DNA of 64,000 nucleotides from an uncultured delta proteobacterium (lineage in GTDB: Bacteria; Desulfobacterota; Desulfomonilia; UBA1062), in assembly GCA_963798485.1 (NCBI GenBank), contig CAWCTR010000014.1, forward strand, positions 64,001 to 128,000, written 5' to 3'. The translations under genes and the position numbers were made by a program. Of the stretch, positions 29,127 through 38,785 are shown one piece after another (within the stretch, counting starts at the first letter, position 1; each line of letters begins with the position of its first letter). A model generated the notes under the pieces. The model was not told the origin of the DNA. It saw nothing but the letters and a program-made list of their open reading frames with translations, and searched no databases.

Positions 29127-29402
29127 CTACTTGTTTACGACTTCCTTGAACGCCTTGCCGGGTCTGAAGCGAGGTGCCTTTGAAGCCTTGATCTTGATGG
29201 TCTCTCTGGTCCTGGGATTTACTCCCTGTCGTGCGGCCCTCTGGGCAACATCAAACGTACCAAAACCAACTAACGTAACCTTATCCCCCTTTTTGAGTGC
29301 CGTCTGGATGGCCTCTGTGGTTGCATTAATCGCCTTCTCAGCAGCAGCCTTGGGGATCCCCGCCTTATTTGCCACAACGGATATCAACTCTGTCTTCGTC
29401 AA
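29127..29402 (-). CDS. hup: DNA-binding protein HU
   Basis: MTKTELI, VTLVGFGTF, RAARQGVNPRT, PRFRPGK. TTG start with SD AGGAGG. Confidence 0.96.
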   Translation of the reverse strand: MTKTELISVVANKAGIPKAAAEKAINATTEAIQTALKKGDKVTLVGFGTFDVAQRAARQGVNPRTRETIKIKASKAPRFRPGKAFKEVVNK

Positions 29403-29453
29403 AGCATACCTCCTATAAATGATATTTGTTTTCCCATGCCCCAGTGCACCTGA

Positions 29454-29482
29454 AAACTAACAACATTTATAATGGCTGTCAA
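29454..29482 (-). promoter_or_regulatory. Sigma-70 promoter of hup
   Basis: Minus strand TTGACA-N17-TAGTTT with extended TG. Confidence 0.6.
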
Positions 29483-29486
29483 TAGC

Positions 29487-29618
29487 TCAGTTAAGGGCAC
29501 ATGCGATTATCTGGTCCATGTGTTCCACAAGATTGACCTGTCTTCCGTGTAACATATCCGTTGGAGTCTCGTGCAGGTCCTTCTCGTTATCCACAGTGAT
29601 GATCACAAGCTCAAAATT
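29487..29618 (-). pseudogene. lon: Remnant of the Lon protease C-terminus
   Basis: Minus frame reads NFELVIITVDNEKDLHETPTDMLHGRQVNLVEHMDQIIACALN*, matching the Lon end (VIIP.xNEKDL.EIP....V.HMDEVL..AL). It sits at the canonical lon position between clpX and hup. Confidence 0.8.
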
Positions 29619-30872
29619 TTATGCCTGAGAGGTCTTTCTCTCGTACACAATAATAGGCGGTTTACCCTTGAGCACCACATCCTGGCTGATGATGCATTCT
29701 TTGACCCCTTCCATGTCAGGGATATCGTACATGATGTCGAGCATGATCCCTTCCATGATTGATCTCAGGCCTCTCGCGCCGGACTTGCGCTTCATGGCTT
29801 CGGTAGCGACGGCCTTCAGTGCGTCTTTGGTAAAGGTAAGGTCCACCCCTTCGAGCTTCAACAGGGCCTGATACTGCTTCACAAGGGCGTTCTTGGGTTC
29901 GGTGAGGATAATAATAAGGGCATCTTCGTCAAGTTCATGGAGCGTGGAAACCACTGGCATGCGGCCGACAAACTCGGGGATCATCCCGAACTTGATAAGG
30001 TCTTCCGGTTGTACGTTCTTCAGTATCTCTCCGATATCGTGCTCTTTCTTTCCTGAGATCTCAGCAACAAAACCGATGGTCTTCTTGTCCAGTCTCTGAG
30101 AAATTATCTTATCGAGGCTGATGAATGCCCCTCCGCAAATGAAGAGGATATTGGACGTGTCGATCTGGATGAACTCCTGCTGGGGGTGTTTGCGCCCGCC
30201 TTTGGGTGGGATCGAGGCCATGGTGCCCTCAATCATCTTGAGCAGGGCCTGCTGCACACCCTCGCCTGATACATCCCTGGTGATGGATGGATTGTCGCCC
30301 CTTGAGGCAATCTTGTCGATTTCATCAATATATACGATGCCCTTCTGGGTACGCTCCACATCATAATCAGCATTCTGGAGGAGGTTCACTATAATGTTTT
30401 CCACATCCTCCCCGACATATCCCGCCTCGGTAAGCGTTGTGGCGTCTGCAATGGTGAAGGGTACATCAAGGATCTTGGCCAGTGTCTGCGCAAGCAGGGT
30501 CTTACCGCTTCCCGTGGGACCGATGAGCATTATGTTACTCTTGCTTATCTCCACCCCTCCGATGTTGGTGTTCGATTCAATCCGTTTATAATGGTTATGA
30601 ACCGCCACGGACAGGATACGCTTTGTCATCTCCTGGCCGATGACATACTCATCGAGAACCTCTTTTATCTCAGAGGGCTTGGGGATATTGGATGATGTGC
30701 TGAAATGCCGGTACTCACCCTCCTCTTCAGCGAGGATCTCGTTGCAAAGGGCGATGCACTCGTCACAGATGTATACATCAGGCCCCGCGATAAGCTTCCG
30801 GACCTCTTCCTGTGACTTTCCACAGAACGAGCACCTCAGCCCGGGCCTGTAGTGGTCATTAATTTTTGGCAT
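29619..30872 (-). CDS. clpX: ATP-dependent Clp protease ATPase subunit
   Basis: CSFCGK Zn finger, [29 protein letters not shown] loop. Confidence 0.98.
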   Translation of the reverse strand: MPKINDHYRPGLRCSFCGKSQEEVRKLIAGPDVYICDECIALCNEILAEEEGEYRHFSTSSNIPKPSEIKEVLDEYVIGQEMTKRILSVAVHNHYKRIESNTNIGGVEISKSNIMLIGPTGSGKTLLAQTLAKILDVPFTIADATTLTEAGYVGEDVENIIVNLLQNADYDVERTQKGIVYIDEIDKIASRGDNPSITRDVSGEGVQQALLKMIEGTMASIPPKGGRKHPQQEFIQIDTSNILFICGGAFISLDKIISQRLDKKTIGFVAEISGKKEHDIGEILKNVQPEDLIKFGMIPEFVGRMPVVSTLHELDEDALIIILTEPKNALVKQYQALLKLEGVDLTFTKDALKAVATEAMKRKSGARGLRSIMEGIMLDIMYDIPDMEGVKECIISQDVVLKGKPPIIVYERKTSQA

Positions 30873-31482
30873 CCGCCTTCTCCCCTTCTTTCTCCTTGGT
30901 GGGTCTCTTGAAGATGACGTGATCTATTATACCATACTTATGCGCTTCTGTCGCATCCATGAAAAAATCGCGTTCCGTATCGGTTGCTATCTTATCTATA
31001 GGCTGTCCGGTATGTTTTGACAAGATCTTGGTGAGGGCATCTTTGAGACGCGACATCTCTGCAACCTGGATATTCACGTCCGTGACCTGCCCCTGGGCTC
31101 CACCAAGAGGCTGATGGATCAAAATACGCGAATGCGGCAAAGCATAGCGCATGTCTTTTTCTCCTGCGGCAAGGAGTAATGCGGCCATGGACGCCGCCTG
31201 TCCGATACAGATTGTACTCACCTTGGACTTGATGTACTGCATAGTATCATAAACCGCCAATCCTGCAGTCACCGAACCTCCCGGCGAGTTGATGTAAAAG
31301 AAGATGTCCTTGTCAGGGTCTTCGGATTCCAGAAAGAGAAATTGGGCCACAAGAAGGTTGGCAATATCGTCATCGATCTCGGTTCCAAGCATGACAATCC
31401 TGTCCTTGAGCAACCGAGAATAGATGTCGTAGGAACGCTCCCCGCGGCTTGTCTGCTCCACTACTATGGGAACCAGTGTCAT
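30859..31482 (-). CDS. clpP: Clp protease proteolytic subunit
   Basis: [27 protein letters not shown]. Confidence 0.98.
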   Translation of the reverse strand: MTLVPIVVEQTSRGERSYDIYSRLLKDRIVMLGTEIDDDIANLLVAQFLFLESEDPDKDIFFYINSPGGSVTAGLAVYDTMQYIKSKVSTICIGQAASMAALLLAAGEKDMRYALPHSRILIHQPLGGAQGQVTDVNIQVAEMSRLKDALTKILSKHTGQPIDKIATDTERDFFMDATEAHKYGIIDHVIFKRPTKEKEGEKADAKN

Positions 31483-32783
31483 GCGGTCTTCTCCTCAATG
31501 CTAGCCACCTCTATGATGGTTGAATTTGTTATAATATAGTCATACACCTTTCGCTCCAATATGCCGAATCTCATCTCTTCCAGGCTTCCCCTCTCTTCGA
31601 AGCTCTTTCGAACAGCATCAGGTGTCATAGAGTACTTTTCGGCCATTGATGCAATTTCCTTGTCTAAATCTTCATCGGTAGCCTCAATGGCATTTGCCTT
31701 CGCTATGGCCTCGATGAGCAAGGTGGTCTTCACAAGCTTCTCAGCGGATGTCATGGTCTCTTCCCTCAGCGCTTCGCCATCGGGATAGACATCCTGCATC
31801 CTGACCCCCTGGGATGAAAGCCTCTGGGATATCCCCTGGAGCATCATCATGGCCTGGAACCTGACCATTGACTCGGGAACATCGAACGGGTTGGCCTCCA
31901 TGAGCTTGTCTGAGAGCTGTTTCTCCATGTATGTCCTGGAATCAGCCTCGAGCCGCCCGATAAGATCTTCCCCAATGGCCTTCCTGAGCTCGTCCACGTT
32001 CTTTACATCCTTGTGCACCATCTTGGCAAACTCGTCATCAAAAACAGGCATCTCCTTTTGCTTTATCCCCTGGACCTGAATCCTGAGCCCGGCCGACTTA
32101 CCCCTCATATCCTCCAGAAAATGGGTTTCGGGAAAGGTTATCTTCACCTCTTTGATATCACCGGTCTTAAGCCCCAACACCTCATTCTCAAGCCCTGGGA
32201 AGGCGCTCCGGACACCCGCTTCAATCGTGATCTTGTCCCTGTTCAACTTCTCGTTTTCCTCGCAGGTAATGTTAACAATAGCATAGTCACCGGTCTTAAC
32301 TTCAAAATCAGGATCGTCCACATCCTTAACCGTGGCATAGGTTTCCAACAACCTTGTAATGACGTCATCGATGTTCTTATCTTCCACTGCAATCTTCGGC
32401 TTTTTCAACTCAAACCCGGTATAAACCTGTGGTACTACCTCCGGCTTCACATCGAACTTCGCAAAAAATGAAAAATCTTCATTCTCCTTCGGCGGTTCAT
32501 TCTCAAACTCCGGGACCGACACAACAAAAACATTCTGTTCTTTTGCCGCCTCTTCAAACTTATCCCTTACAAGTTTACGGGAGAGTTCATTGTTGATGTA
32601 GTCCTGGTAGTACATCTTAATAATGTGCCTGGGCGCCTTTCCTTTTCTGAATCCTTTTATCGCAACACCCTGGGCAATCTCTTGATAGATCTCCTGCGTT
32701 ACCGTAGTCACTTCCTCTTTGGAGACAAACACCTTCATCTGCCTCTTTGTGCCACCGACATCAATAATCTCGACCTTCATCAT
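31479..32783 (-). CDS. tig: Trigger factor
   Basis: GFRKGKAP signature, FKBP-like middle domain, upstream of clpP. Confidence 0.95.
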   Translation of the reverse strand: MMKVEIIDVGGTKRQMKVFVSKEEVTTVTQEIYQEIAQGVAIKGFRKGKAPRHIIKMYYQDYINNELSRKLVRDKFEEAAKEQNVFVVSVPEFENEPPKENEDFSFFAKFDVKPEVVPQVYTGFELKKPKIAVEDKNIDDVITRLLETYATVKDVDDPDFEVKTGDYAIVNITCEENEKLNRDKITIEAGVRSAFPGLENEVLGLKTGDIKEVKITFPETHFLEDMRGKSAGLRIQVQGIKQKEMPVFDDEFAKMVHKDVKNVDELRKAIGEDLIGRLEADSRTYMEKQLSDKLMEANPFDVPESMVRFQAMMMLQGISQRLSSQGVRMQDVYPDGEALREETMTSAEKLVKTTLLIEAIAKANAIEATDEDLDKEIASMAEKYSMTPDAVRKSFEERGSLEEMRFGILERKVYDYIITNSTIIEVASIEEKTA

Positions 32784-32836
32784 GAATCCTTTCTCTATCT
32801 GCCGAAGTGGCTATTCCTTTCTCATGTATCCTATAT

Positions 32837-33592
32837 TCAGGTCAATGGCTTTTTCGGTAAGATAAGAGCCTGGAAGATCATCTCCATGTCATGGTGGTAT
32901 GAGTTGTCTTGATTATAAACTATCAAGGGGCTCTCGATGGTGAACTCTTTGCCTCCATCACGCACCCCGCATACAAGGCAGATCTCGCATGTCCTTGTAG
33001 GGGATGTATATACGCACCTCATTTGTTTCGGCTCGATCCGTATGGCCCGCATGGCACACAGGAGATCCGGCACTCTCCATGCCGGATACACGATGTATAA
33101 TCTTCCCAGCGGCCGCAAGAGCCCATACGTCTTCTTCAGCAGCACATCAAGATCCAGAGAGATCTCATGCCTGGCTATTGCCTTTGACCTGTCCGGGTTT
33201 ATCCTGCCGGTGGAAAGCGGCCTGTATGGGGGATTCGCAACCACGGCATCAACCCTGGGTCCGGAATAATCTTTTATATCACAGCAGGTTATCTTGACCT
33301 TATCCGACAGGCCTGAGCGCTCAATGGACCTTTTTGACATCTCAGCCAGGTCTTCCTGTATCTCTATGCCGGTTACATGGAGTCCCTTCACGGCTGAAAG
33401 AAGGATAGCAACCACACCTGAACCTGATCCTATCTCAATGACTTCTGTTCCTGGGGCCTCATCTACAAAGGCCCCGAGGAGATACGAATCGAGCGAGTAC
33501 CGGTAACCTTTTTTCTTCTGGAGGATGGACAGGTTGCAACACGATAAGCTATCGAGCGTCTCATCCTTATTCGGCTCGCATTTTCCCTTCAT
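32837..33592 (-). CDS. tRNA1(Val) A37 N6-methyltransferase family (TrmN6/YfiC)
   Basis: GYRYSLDSYLL, EIGSGSG, ANPPY, AIARHE. Confidence 0.85.
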   Translation of the reverse strand: MKGKCEPNKDETLDSLSCCNLSILQKKKGYRYSLDSYLLGAFVDEAPGTEVIEIGSGSGVVAILLSAVKGLHVTGIEIQEDLAEMSKRSIERSGLSDKVKITCCDIKDYSGPRVDAVVANPPYRPLSTGRINPDRSKAIARHEISLDLDVLLKKTYGLLRPLGRLYIVYPAWRVPDLLCAMRAIRIEPKQMRCVYTSPTRTCEICLVCGVRDGGKEFTIESPLIVYNQDNSYHHDMEMIFQALILPKKPLT

Positions 33593-33626
33593 CCATCTCT
33601 ATCCCTTTCACGGCAACTCAATCGGA

Positions 33627-34358
33627 CTATTTATCACTGGAACCAACTTCTGCTTTCATGAGGTCTTCAAACAAGGTAGGGGCTATTGCCATGACGTCAT
33701 TAAACATGAGGTATGCCAGACGTCTGATCTCCCACTCGGCAGACTTCTCAAGGCGAAGCTCGAAGAAATGCCGTAAGGACCGGGCATTGACATAGACATA
33801 TGCCGCTGTGGACCACCCCACAGGCATGAGCCTTCTCAGTTCCTGGTTGCGCACCCCAAGCTTCTGGAGCTCTTCGTAGACATCCATGGAATGCCTGTGT
33901 TCCCTTTCATAAGCCTGATAGATGGATTTCACCTGGTCTTCTGAATCGATATATTCCAGTGCCGGGTAAATGAACATATTCTTGTTGGCCTTTACATATC
34001 TCGTAGATCGGAAGGTCCACCCGATGCCGATCCTATGGCGTGTCCACTGGCCGGCCAGCGATTTGGACACCCCTGTCACATAGTAGACAAACTGTACTGC
34101 CTCCAGGCAGGTCTGGTGGCCCCATGAGATAAGCTTCTTGTTGAGCCGCAGGTCGTCCTCGTGGGTGCCTTCCGATTCATGGCTCTGCCTGGCGGTATAG
34201 GCCGGTAAGGTCTCAATGGTTACATCCTGGGAGGCCATTTCTTCTACGGGCGTGGTAACCCCGATAAGCTTAACCATGGGTTCCTCGTTCCTGAACAGGC
34301 CCTGCCTGATATTGCTCCACTTTTCTATATGTTCCATCTCGGAATTGAAGTACTTCAA
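33627..34358 (-). CDS. thyX: FAD-dependent thymidylate synthase
   Basis: GHQTCLE, QWTRHRIGIGWTFRSTRY (RHRx8S), NARSLRHFFELR...WEIR. Confidence 0.88.
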   Translation of the reverse strand: MKYFNSEMEHIEKWSNIRQGLFRNEEPMVKLIGVTTPVEEMASQDVTIETLPAYTARQSHESEGTHEDDLRLNKKLISWGHQTCLEAVQFVYYVTGVSKSLAGQWTRHRIGIGWTFRSTRYVKANKNMFIYPALEYIDSEDQVKSIYQAYEREHRHSMDVYEELQKLGVRNQELRRLMPVGWSTAAYVYVNARSLRHFFELRLEKSAEWEIRRLAYLMFNDVMAIAPTLFEDLMKAEVGSSDK

Positions 34359-34939
34359 AATGGTCTCTCCTCCTTGCCATTGGTTGAAACCCGCTCACCC
34401 TGCCACACCCCCCTGTATGGCACTGCATTACCCTCAATGGGGAAAAATGCGATGCACAGGATACGGAAACCCATCTGTATCTCCACATCCATGAACCCCT
34501 GATGCTTCATACCCACGGTAAGCTTGCCCTGGTAATTAGGTGATATAAAGGCCGTTTCCAGCGGTATGCCCGAACGGATCAGTGTGGTGCGCGGCCTTAT
34601 GTATGCAAAAAGATTCGAGGGCAGATTGATCTGCTCAATGGTCTGGAAAAGCAGATAATCACCCGGCTTGACCGTAAACACCCCATCGGGCATGTCGGTT
34701 ATATCCATGAGCTTGTCAATCTCGGGGGTGACTCGGCTGTCTCTCATAAGACATGCCTTGCCAATAGGTTTGTATACTGCACCAAGACGCAAGTCCACGG
34801 TGGTACCCTCAATACCGTCAATCTGGTCCGTGCCAAGATACTCGACAAGAGGTTTCATCACATTCTTTCGAGTGATGTGGTCTTCCACCTCAACCCCATG
34901 GCAAATCATCTGGATGATCCTGTCGGCCCCCAATACCAT
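34355..34939 (-). CDS. Trimeric dUTPase/dCTP-deaminase-family protein
   Basis: VDLRLG, TIEQINLP, PRTTLIRSG, SPNYQG, YRGVWQG. Confidence 0.8.
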   Translation of the reverse strand: MVLGADRIIQMICHGVEVEDHITRKNVMKPLVEYLGTDQIDGIEGTTVDLRLGAVYKPIGKACLMRDSRVTPEIDKLMDITDMPDGVFTVKPGDYLLFQTIEQINLPSNLFAYIRPRTTLIRSGIPLETAFISPNYQGKLTVGMKHQGFMDVEIQMGFRILCIAFFPIEGNAVPYRGVWQGERVSTNGKEERPF

Positions 34940-35476
34940 CTACAGCCTCCTCTTCGATGTGTCACCACTCATGAATTGCATAGCATACTCCATTGTCTCA
35001 TTATTGATTCCCAGTTGTTCAACTATCGTGTGGCTCAATGCAAGCACATCCTTCCAATACTGGTCTCGCTCCGGGATGGGTGAATCATAGGGGTGCTCAT
35101 AGACAACCCTGGCGATTCCCGACATCACGATGAGTTTAGAGCACGTTATACACGGTTCGAGCGTGCAATATATGGTTGCCCCCTCAAGGCTGACCCCCTT
35201 CTTTGCTGCCAGAGAGACGGCATTGGCCTCTGCATGGGCTGATCTGCACATGTCATACTTCATGGCCTCAGGCCATTTGAGTGACCTCCGGAAGCAGATC
35301 CCGTCATCCATGCAATGGGATTGCCCCGGCAGAGAGCCATTGTAGCCCGTTGTAACAACCTGCTTGTCCTTAACCACGACAGCACCGGTTGGCCTTGAAA
35401 GGCATGTTGAGCGGGAGGCTGCCAGTTTTGCAAGCATCATAAAGTATTCATCCCATGAAGGTCTTCTCTGACTCAT
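34940..35476 (-). CDS. dCMP deaminase (ComEB family)
   Basis: RPSWDEYFM, RSTC, TGYNG, HAEANA, PCITC. Confidence 0.93.
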   Translation of the reverse strand: MSQRRPSWDEYFMMLAKLAASRSTCLSRPTGAVVVKDKQVVTTGYNGSLPGQSHCMDDGICFRRSLKWPEAMKYDMCRSAHAEANAVSLAAKKGVSLEGATIYCTLEPCITCSKLIVMSGIARVVYEHPYDSPIPERDQYWKDVLALSHTIVEQLGINNETMEYAMQFMSGDTSKRRL

Positions 35477-35504
35477 ACAGGTGGCCTCAAAAATACTTAT
35501 TAGT

Positions 35505-35547
35505 GAAAACAGGTGGGCTTCATATAATACGAAGTCCTAGAACCTGT
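35505..35547 (-). terminator. Terminator-like hairpin downstream of the DUF2156 gene
   Basis: Minus strand ACAGGT.GGACTTC-loop-GAAGCCC-ACCTGT-TTT; it may overlap the promoter of the dCMP deaminase operon. Confidence 0.5.
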
Positions 35548-35670
35548 AAAGATTCAAACCTGGGATTTCAAAAGAGATCAGCTTTCTAGACAATCGATGA
35601 GCATGAGCTTGGAATTAAATACGGACCGAGGCACATCGCCTGCGGCCCGATATTTCCTTAACAATACAAG

Positions 35671-36738
35671 CTACAGAATATTAGAAATCAGGAACAACGT
35701 GAGCATGGACTTAGAGGGCAGTATTTCTCGGTGTCCACAGAATGTCTTTTGCTCTACACCCTCAAACCTGGACTTGGTGAAGTATAATCCCTTGAAGCTG
35801 TATATCATGTTTCCATACTTATAGAGCAGTCGGATAATCATCTTCGTGAGCTTTGACTCACAGGGCGCATCCTTCTCATCCACAACCGCCGGGCACAGGC
35901 CGAGGTGCAAATACTTCACCCCCTCTTTCTTGAAGACTTCCATGGCATGGCACATGAGGGGATAGAAGATCCCCTGCTTGAATTTGTTGCTGAACCGGGA
36001 GATGTTGGGTACATAGCTGACTACCTTGCCGTCCTTATAGAGCGGATCGAAAAAGATAAAGCCTACGAGTTTTCCTTCATGATACGCACAGAACTTTCTT
36101 GTACCTTCCTGGTATTCCTGGTCCATGGGACGGATGAGAAAAACGACCTCACGGTTTCTAACCTTGCGGGTCTTGAGCCATTCCTTTGTAAGCTGGCGGC
36201 ACCCATCTTCTGAACTGTTCTCTTCTATCGTCACACCCTCCTTCGTGGCATGATTTACCGATGTCCTCAGGACCTGTTTTTTCTTGCCCTTGAGATCCCA
36301 TTTCTCAAGATCGACCACTGATTCGATACCAAACTGGGTAGCGTAATACCCTAACTTCTCATGAAGAAATTCTGCCATACCCTGAGAGATCTGGACAAAG
36401 GCAGTGTTTGTCCTATCCTTGAGAAACTCCCGGATGAGGAGTTCCCTGTCTTTCACATCACAGATAGGGTCAGCAAGGACGAACCGGGTACCCCATTTCT
36501 TCCTGTAGGTTATGAACCCGACCCCTGGTATATCGAAAAAGTGCATTTCCGGTTGCAGCATTGAAAAGGACAGGCAGTGATCACCGTATTTCCTGAGGTA
36601 GGAGATCCTCTCGTCGAAGGAGAATACATCAATCCCTGCACGGGTGCCGGGTCTGTAATCATCTATGGAGATAACCTTGGCCGGGAAGAACTCCCTTGGA
36701 CTCCTTACGAGTGGTTTTACCTGCGCCATGGTACTCAT
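35671..36738 (-). CDS. Stand-alone DUF2156 / LPG-synthase C-terminal domain protein (aminoacyl-tRNA-dependent transferase fold)
   Basis: VLADPIC, FVQI, GIES.VDL..WDLKGKKKQVLR..VN, LVGFIFFDP, FKKEG...LHLGLCP, YSFKGLYFTKSRF; no TM segments. Confidence 0.8.
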   Translation of the reverse strand: MSTMAQVKPLVRSPREFFPAKVISIDDYRPGTRAGIDVFSFDERISYLRKYGDHCLSFSMLQPEMHFFDIPGVGFITYRKKWGTRFVLADPICDVKDRELLIREFLKDRTNTAFVQISQGMAEFLHEKLGYYATQFGIESVVDLEKWDLKGKKKQVLRTSVNHATKEGVTIEENSSEDGCRQLTKEWLKTRKVRNREVVFLIRPMDQEYQEGTRKFCAYHEGKLVGFIFFDPLYKDGKVVSYVPNISRFSNKFKQGIFYPLMCHAMEVFKKEGVKYLHLGLCPAVVDEKDAPCESKLTKMIIRLLYKYGNMIYSFKGLYFTKSRFEGVEQKTFCGHREILPSKSMLTLFLISNIL

Positions 36739-36774
36739 ATATGCATCTCTCCTTTTTTATTATCCGTTTATGCC

Positions 36775-38382
36775 CTAGCGATTTTTCCCGAAACGCTCAT
36801 GGCTCGTGACCCAATCTAAAGATGAGAGAGCTCCTGCCAGCGAGATCTCGCCTGCTATCACGACTGCTGCTGCAATCTCTGCGAACTTTAGGACCTTGCC
36901 CTGACCACAGCATCCAAGGATATCGAGACACTCTCTCTGGGTAGGAAGGCCGGTGCCTCCTCCATGGGTGGCCACAATGAGAGAAGGCAGCGTTACTGAA
37001 CCATAGAGGTCCCCTTCCGGTGTTATCTCGGTATAGATGAGAGTCGCAGCAGACTCAGCGACATTGGCTACATCCTGTCCGGTGGCAATAAAGAGTGCTG
37101 TCAGTGCGTTTGCCGCATGAAGGGCATTGCTTGAAGAACCTGCCATAAAGGCGCCAAGGTTGCCTACTCGGCAAAGATGGTCGAGGGTCTCCGGGTCAAC
37201 CCGCATATGCTGGATCATGACCTCTCGCGGAATGACGATCTCCGCCGTGACTCTCTTCCCTCGTGTATTCATGGTATTGACCACAGAAGCCTTCTTATCA
37301 GTAGCAAAGTTTGATTCCATATAGAAGTGGCGGACGGTATTTACCTGGGCAAGGATCCAACTGCATGCCGTGAAGGTGGCCATACTCACCATATTCTGCC
37401 CTGCCGCATCACCGGTGAAGTAATTGAACCGTAGATATACGAACTTGCTTGCCTGGTATCTTTCGACATTGAGAAACTTTGCTACCCTGGAACAGGACTC
37501 GGCCTGCTGGCGGATCTCATCGATATGTTCATCAATCCATACCACGAAGTCCCTGGCTTCCCGAGCTGAATCGAATGCAAAAGCAGGTGCCCTCTGCATA
37601 CGGTCTTCTACGACGGTGGTGGTCGTACCGCCGCACATGTTGATGATCTTCATGCCCCTGTTGTATGATGCCACCAGAGTCCCTTCGCTGGTGCATAGGG
37701 GGATGAGGAACTCGCCCTTTGCATGCTCGCCGTTGATCTTGACAGGCCCTGCAAACCCAAGGGGTATCTGCGCTACGCCGGTGAAATTCTCAATATTGCC
37801 CTTTGTGACTATAGGATCAAAAGAATGGTGTTTAACATGATGAAGGTGAACGCCGGTATATTCTTCTACGAAATCCTGTCGTTGACGGACGATATCCATA
37901 TCGTAATTATTCTGCTTGTCGCATGGAACCTTTTTCTGTGTTGTTCTCGTTTCAATAACCGAGTCCTTAGCTTCCAGATCCAGTATGCCGTAAGGATCTG
38001 TATTGCAGGATATGGTGATCTGATGTTCGATATTTTTCGCAAGGGCGATTGCCCGTGCATGAAACTCTACATCCATCCCCATGGGGAAAGGAAGAGGCTG
38101 GTCCTGGTTTATCTCATTGGCCTTGAGTTTAGTTCCGTTATTCCTCATGATCACATCATCCAAAGGGATTTCGAGGCCATTGATGCAAATGCCTGTAATG
38201 CCTGTAATTAAACCATCTTTCATAGGATTTTTAATAGTGAATGATACTCCGTCGTCGACATTCTTCAGGCTTCCGATGGAATAGATCTTCTTCAAGATGA
38301 GAGGAGATATCGCAATATGATTCTTTGGTTCCGATATCCTGCTGATAGACACAAGTCTTGGTTCTGTCGTTGTATTTCGCAT
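36775..38382 (-). CDS. Class I HMG-CoA reductase with an extra N-terminal domain
   Basis: IENFTG, TSEGTLVASYNRG, TGDAAGQNM, NFATDKK, ATGQDVAN, HGGGTGLP, SHE. Start placed at ATG 38382 behind SD AGGAAGGGA. Confidence 0.9.
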   Translation of the reverse strand: MRNTTTEPRLVSISRISEPKNHIAISPLILKKIYSIGSLKNVDDGVSFTIKNPMKDGLITGITGICINGLEIPLDDVIMRNNGTKLKANEINQDQPLPFPMGMDVEFHARAIALAKNIEHQITISCNTDPYGILDLEAKDSVIETRTTQKKVPCDKQNNYDMDIVRQRQDFVEEYTGVHLHHVKHHSFDPIVTKGNIENFTGVAQIPLGFAGPVKINGEHAKGEFLIPLCTSEGTLVASYNRGMKIINMCGGTTTTVVEDRMQRAPAFAFDSAREARDFVVWIDEHIDEIRQQAESCSRVAKFLNVERYQASKFVYLRFNYFTGDAAGQNMVSMATFTACSWILAQVNTVRHFYMESNFATDKKASVVNTMNTRGKRVTAEIVIPREVMIQHMRVDPETLDHLCRVGNLGAFMAGSSSNALHAANALTALFIATGQDVANVAESAATLIYTEITPEGDLYGSVTLPSLIVATHGGGTGLPTQRECLDILGCCGQGKVLKFAEIAAAVVIAGEISLAGALSSLDWVTSHERFGKNR

Positions 38383-38640
38383 TATTCCCTTCCTTTCATT
38401 AAATCTGGGAAAAAATCCCAACTTACCGATTGTTGTTTTTTCCATCCAGGGATATTAACCATGTCCCAATGATAATCACGAAACGTGCCAAGATTGGGCA
38501 AATAAATTACGAAACTACCCTCAGTCGATTATCAGGCGCTGTCTAGTACTATTTTTAGTATAACATGTTATTTCGATAAGTTATAAAACATGATCCTAGT
38601 GGATAATATTTTGTTATGTGAATTATTTTTCCACTATCCG

Positions 38641-38656
38641 AAGAAAAGCTTTTCTT
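38641..38656. promoter_or_regulatory. Perfect 16-bp palindrome in the HMGR/sensor-kinase divergent region
   Basis: AAGAAAAGCTTTTCTT, extended by TATCC...GGATA. Confidence 0.4.
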
Positions 38657-38785
38657 GGATAAACAAAAAATCATAATGGTTAACAAGCAAAGATTAAACT
38701 GCTATGAAAAAATATCAATCGAGTTTTTTGGGGGGGGCGGTTCAATATTATTCTATGCCAGGCGTAAAGGTGCCCATAACAATAT

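Noticed and set aside
29587-29595. Perfect DnaA box TTATCCACA
   Set aside because: Single box inside the lon remnant codons (T-V-D-N); no box cluster, unwinding element or dnaA context, so not oriC
29487-29621. Possible stop-codon readthrough fusing ClpX to the Lon tail
   Set aside because: In-frame arrangement has a 1-in-3 chance; TAA is a strong stop and the tail looks decayed
35488-35506. Possible NrdR box upstream of the dCMP deaminase operon
   Set aside because: Poor match to the acaCwAtATaTwGtgt consensus and no tandem copy
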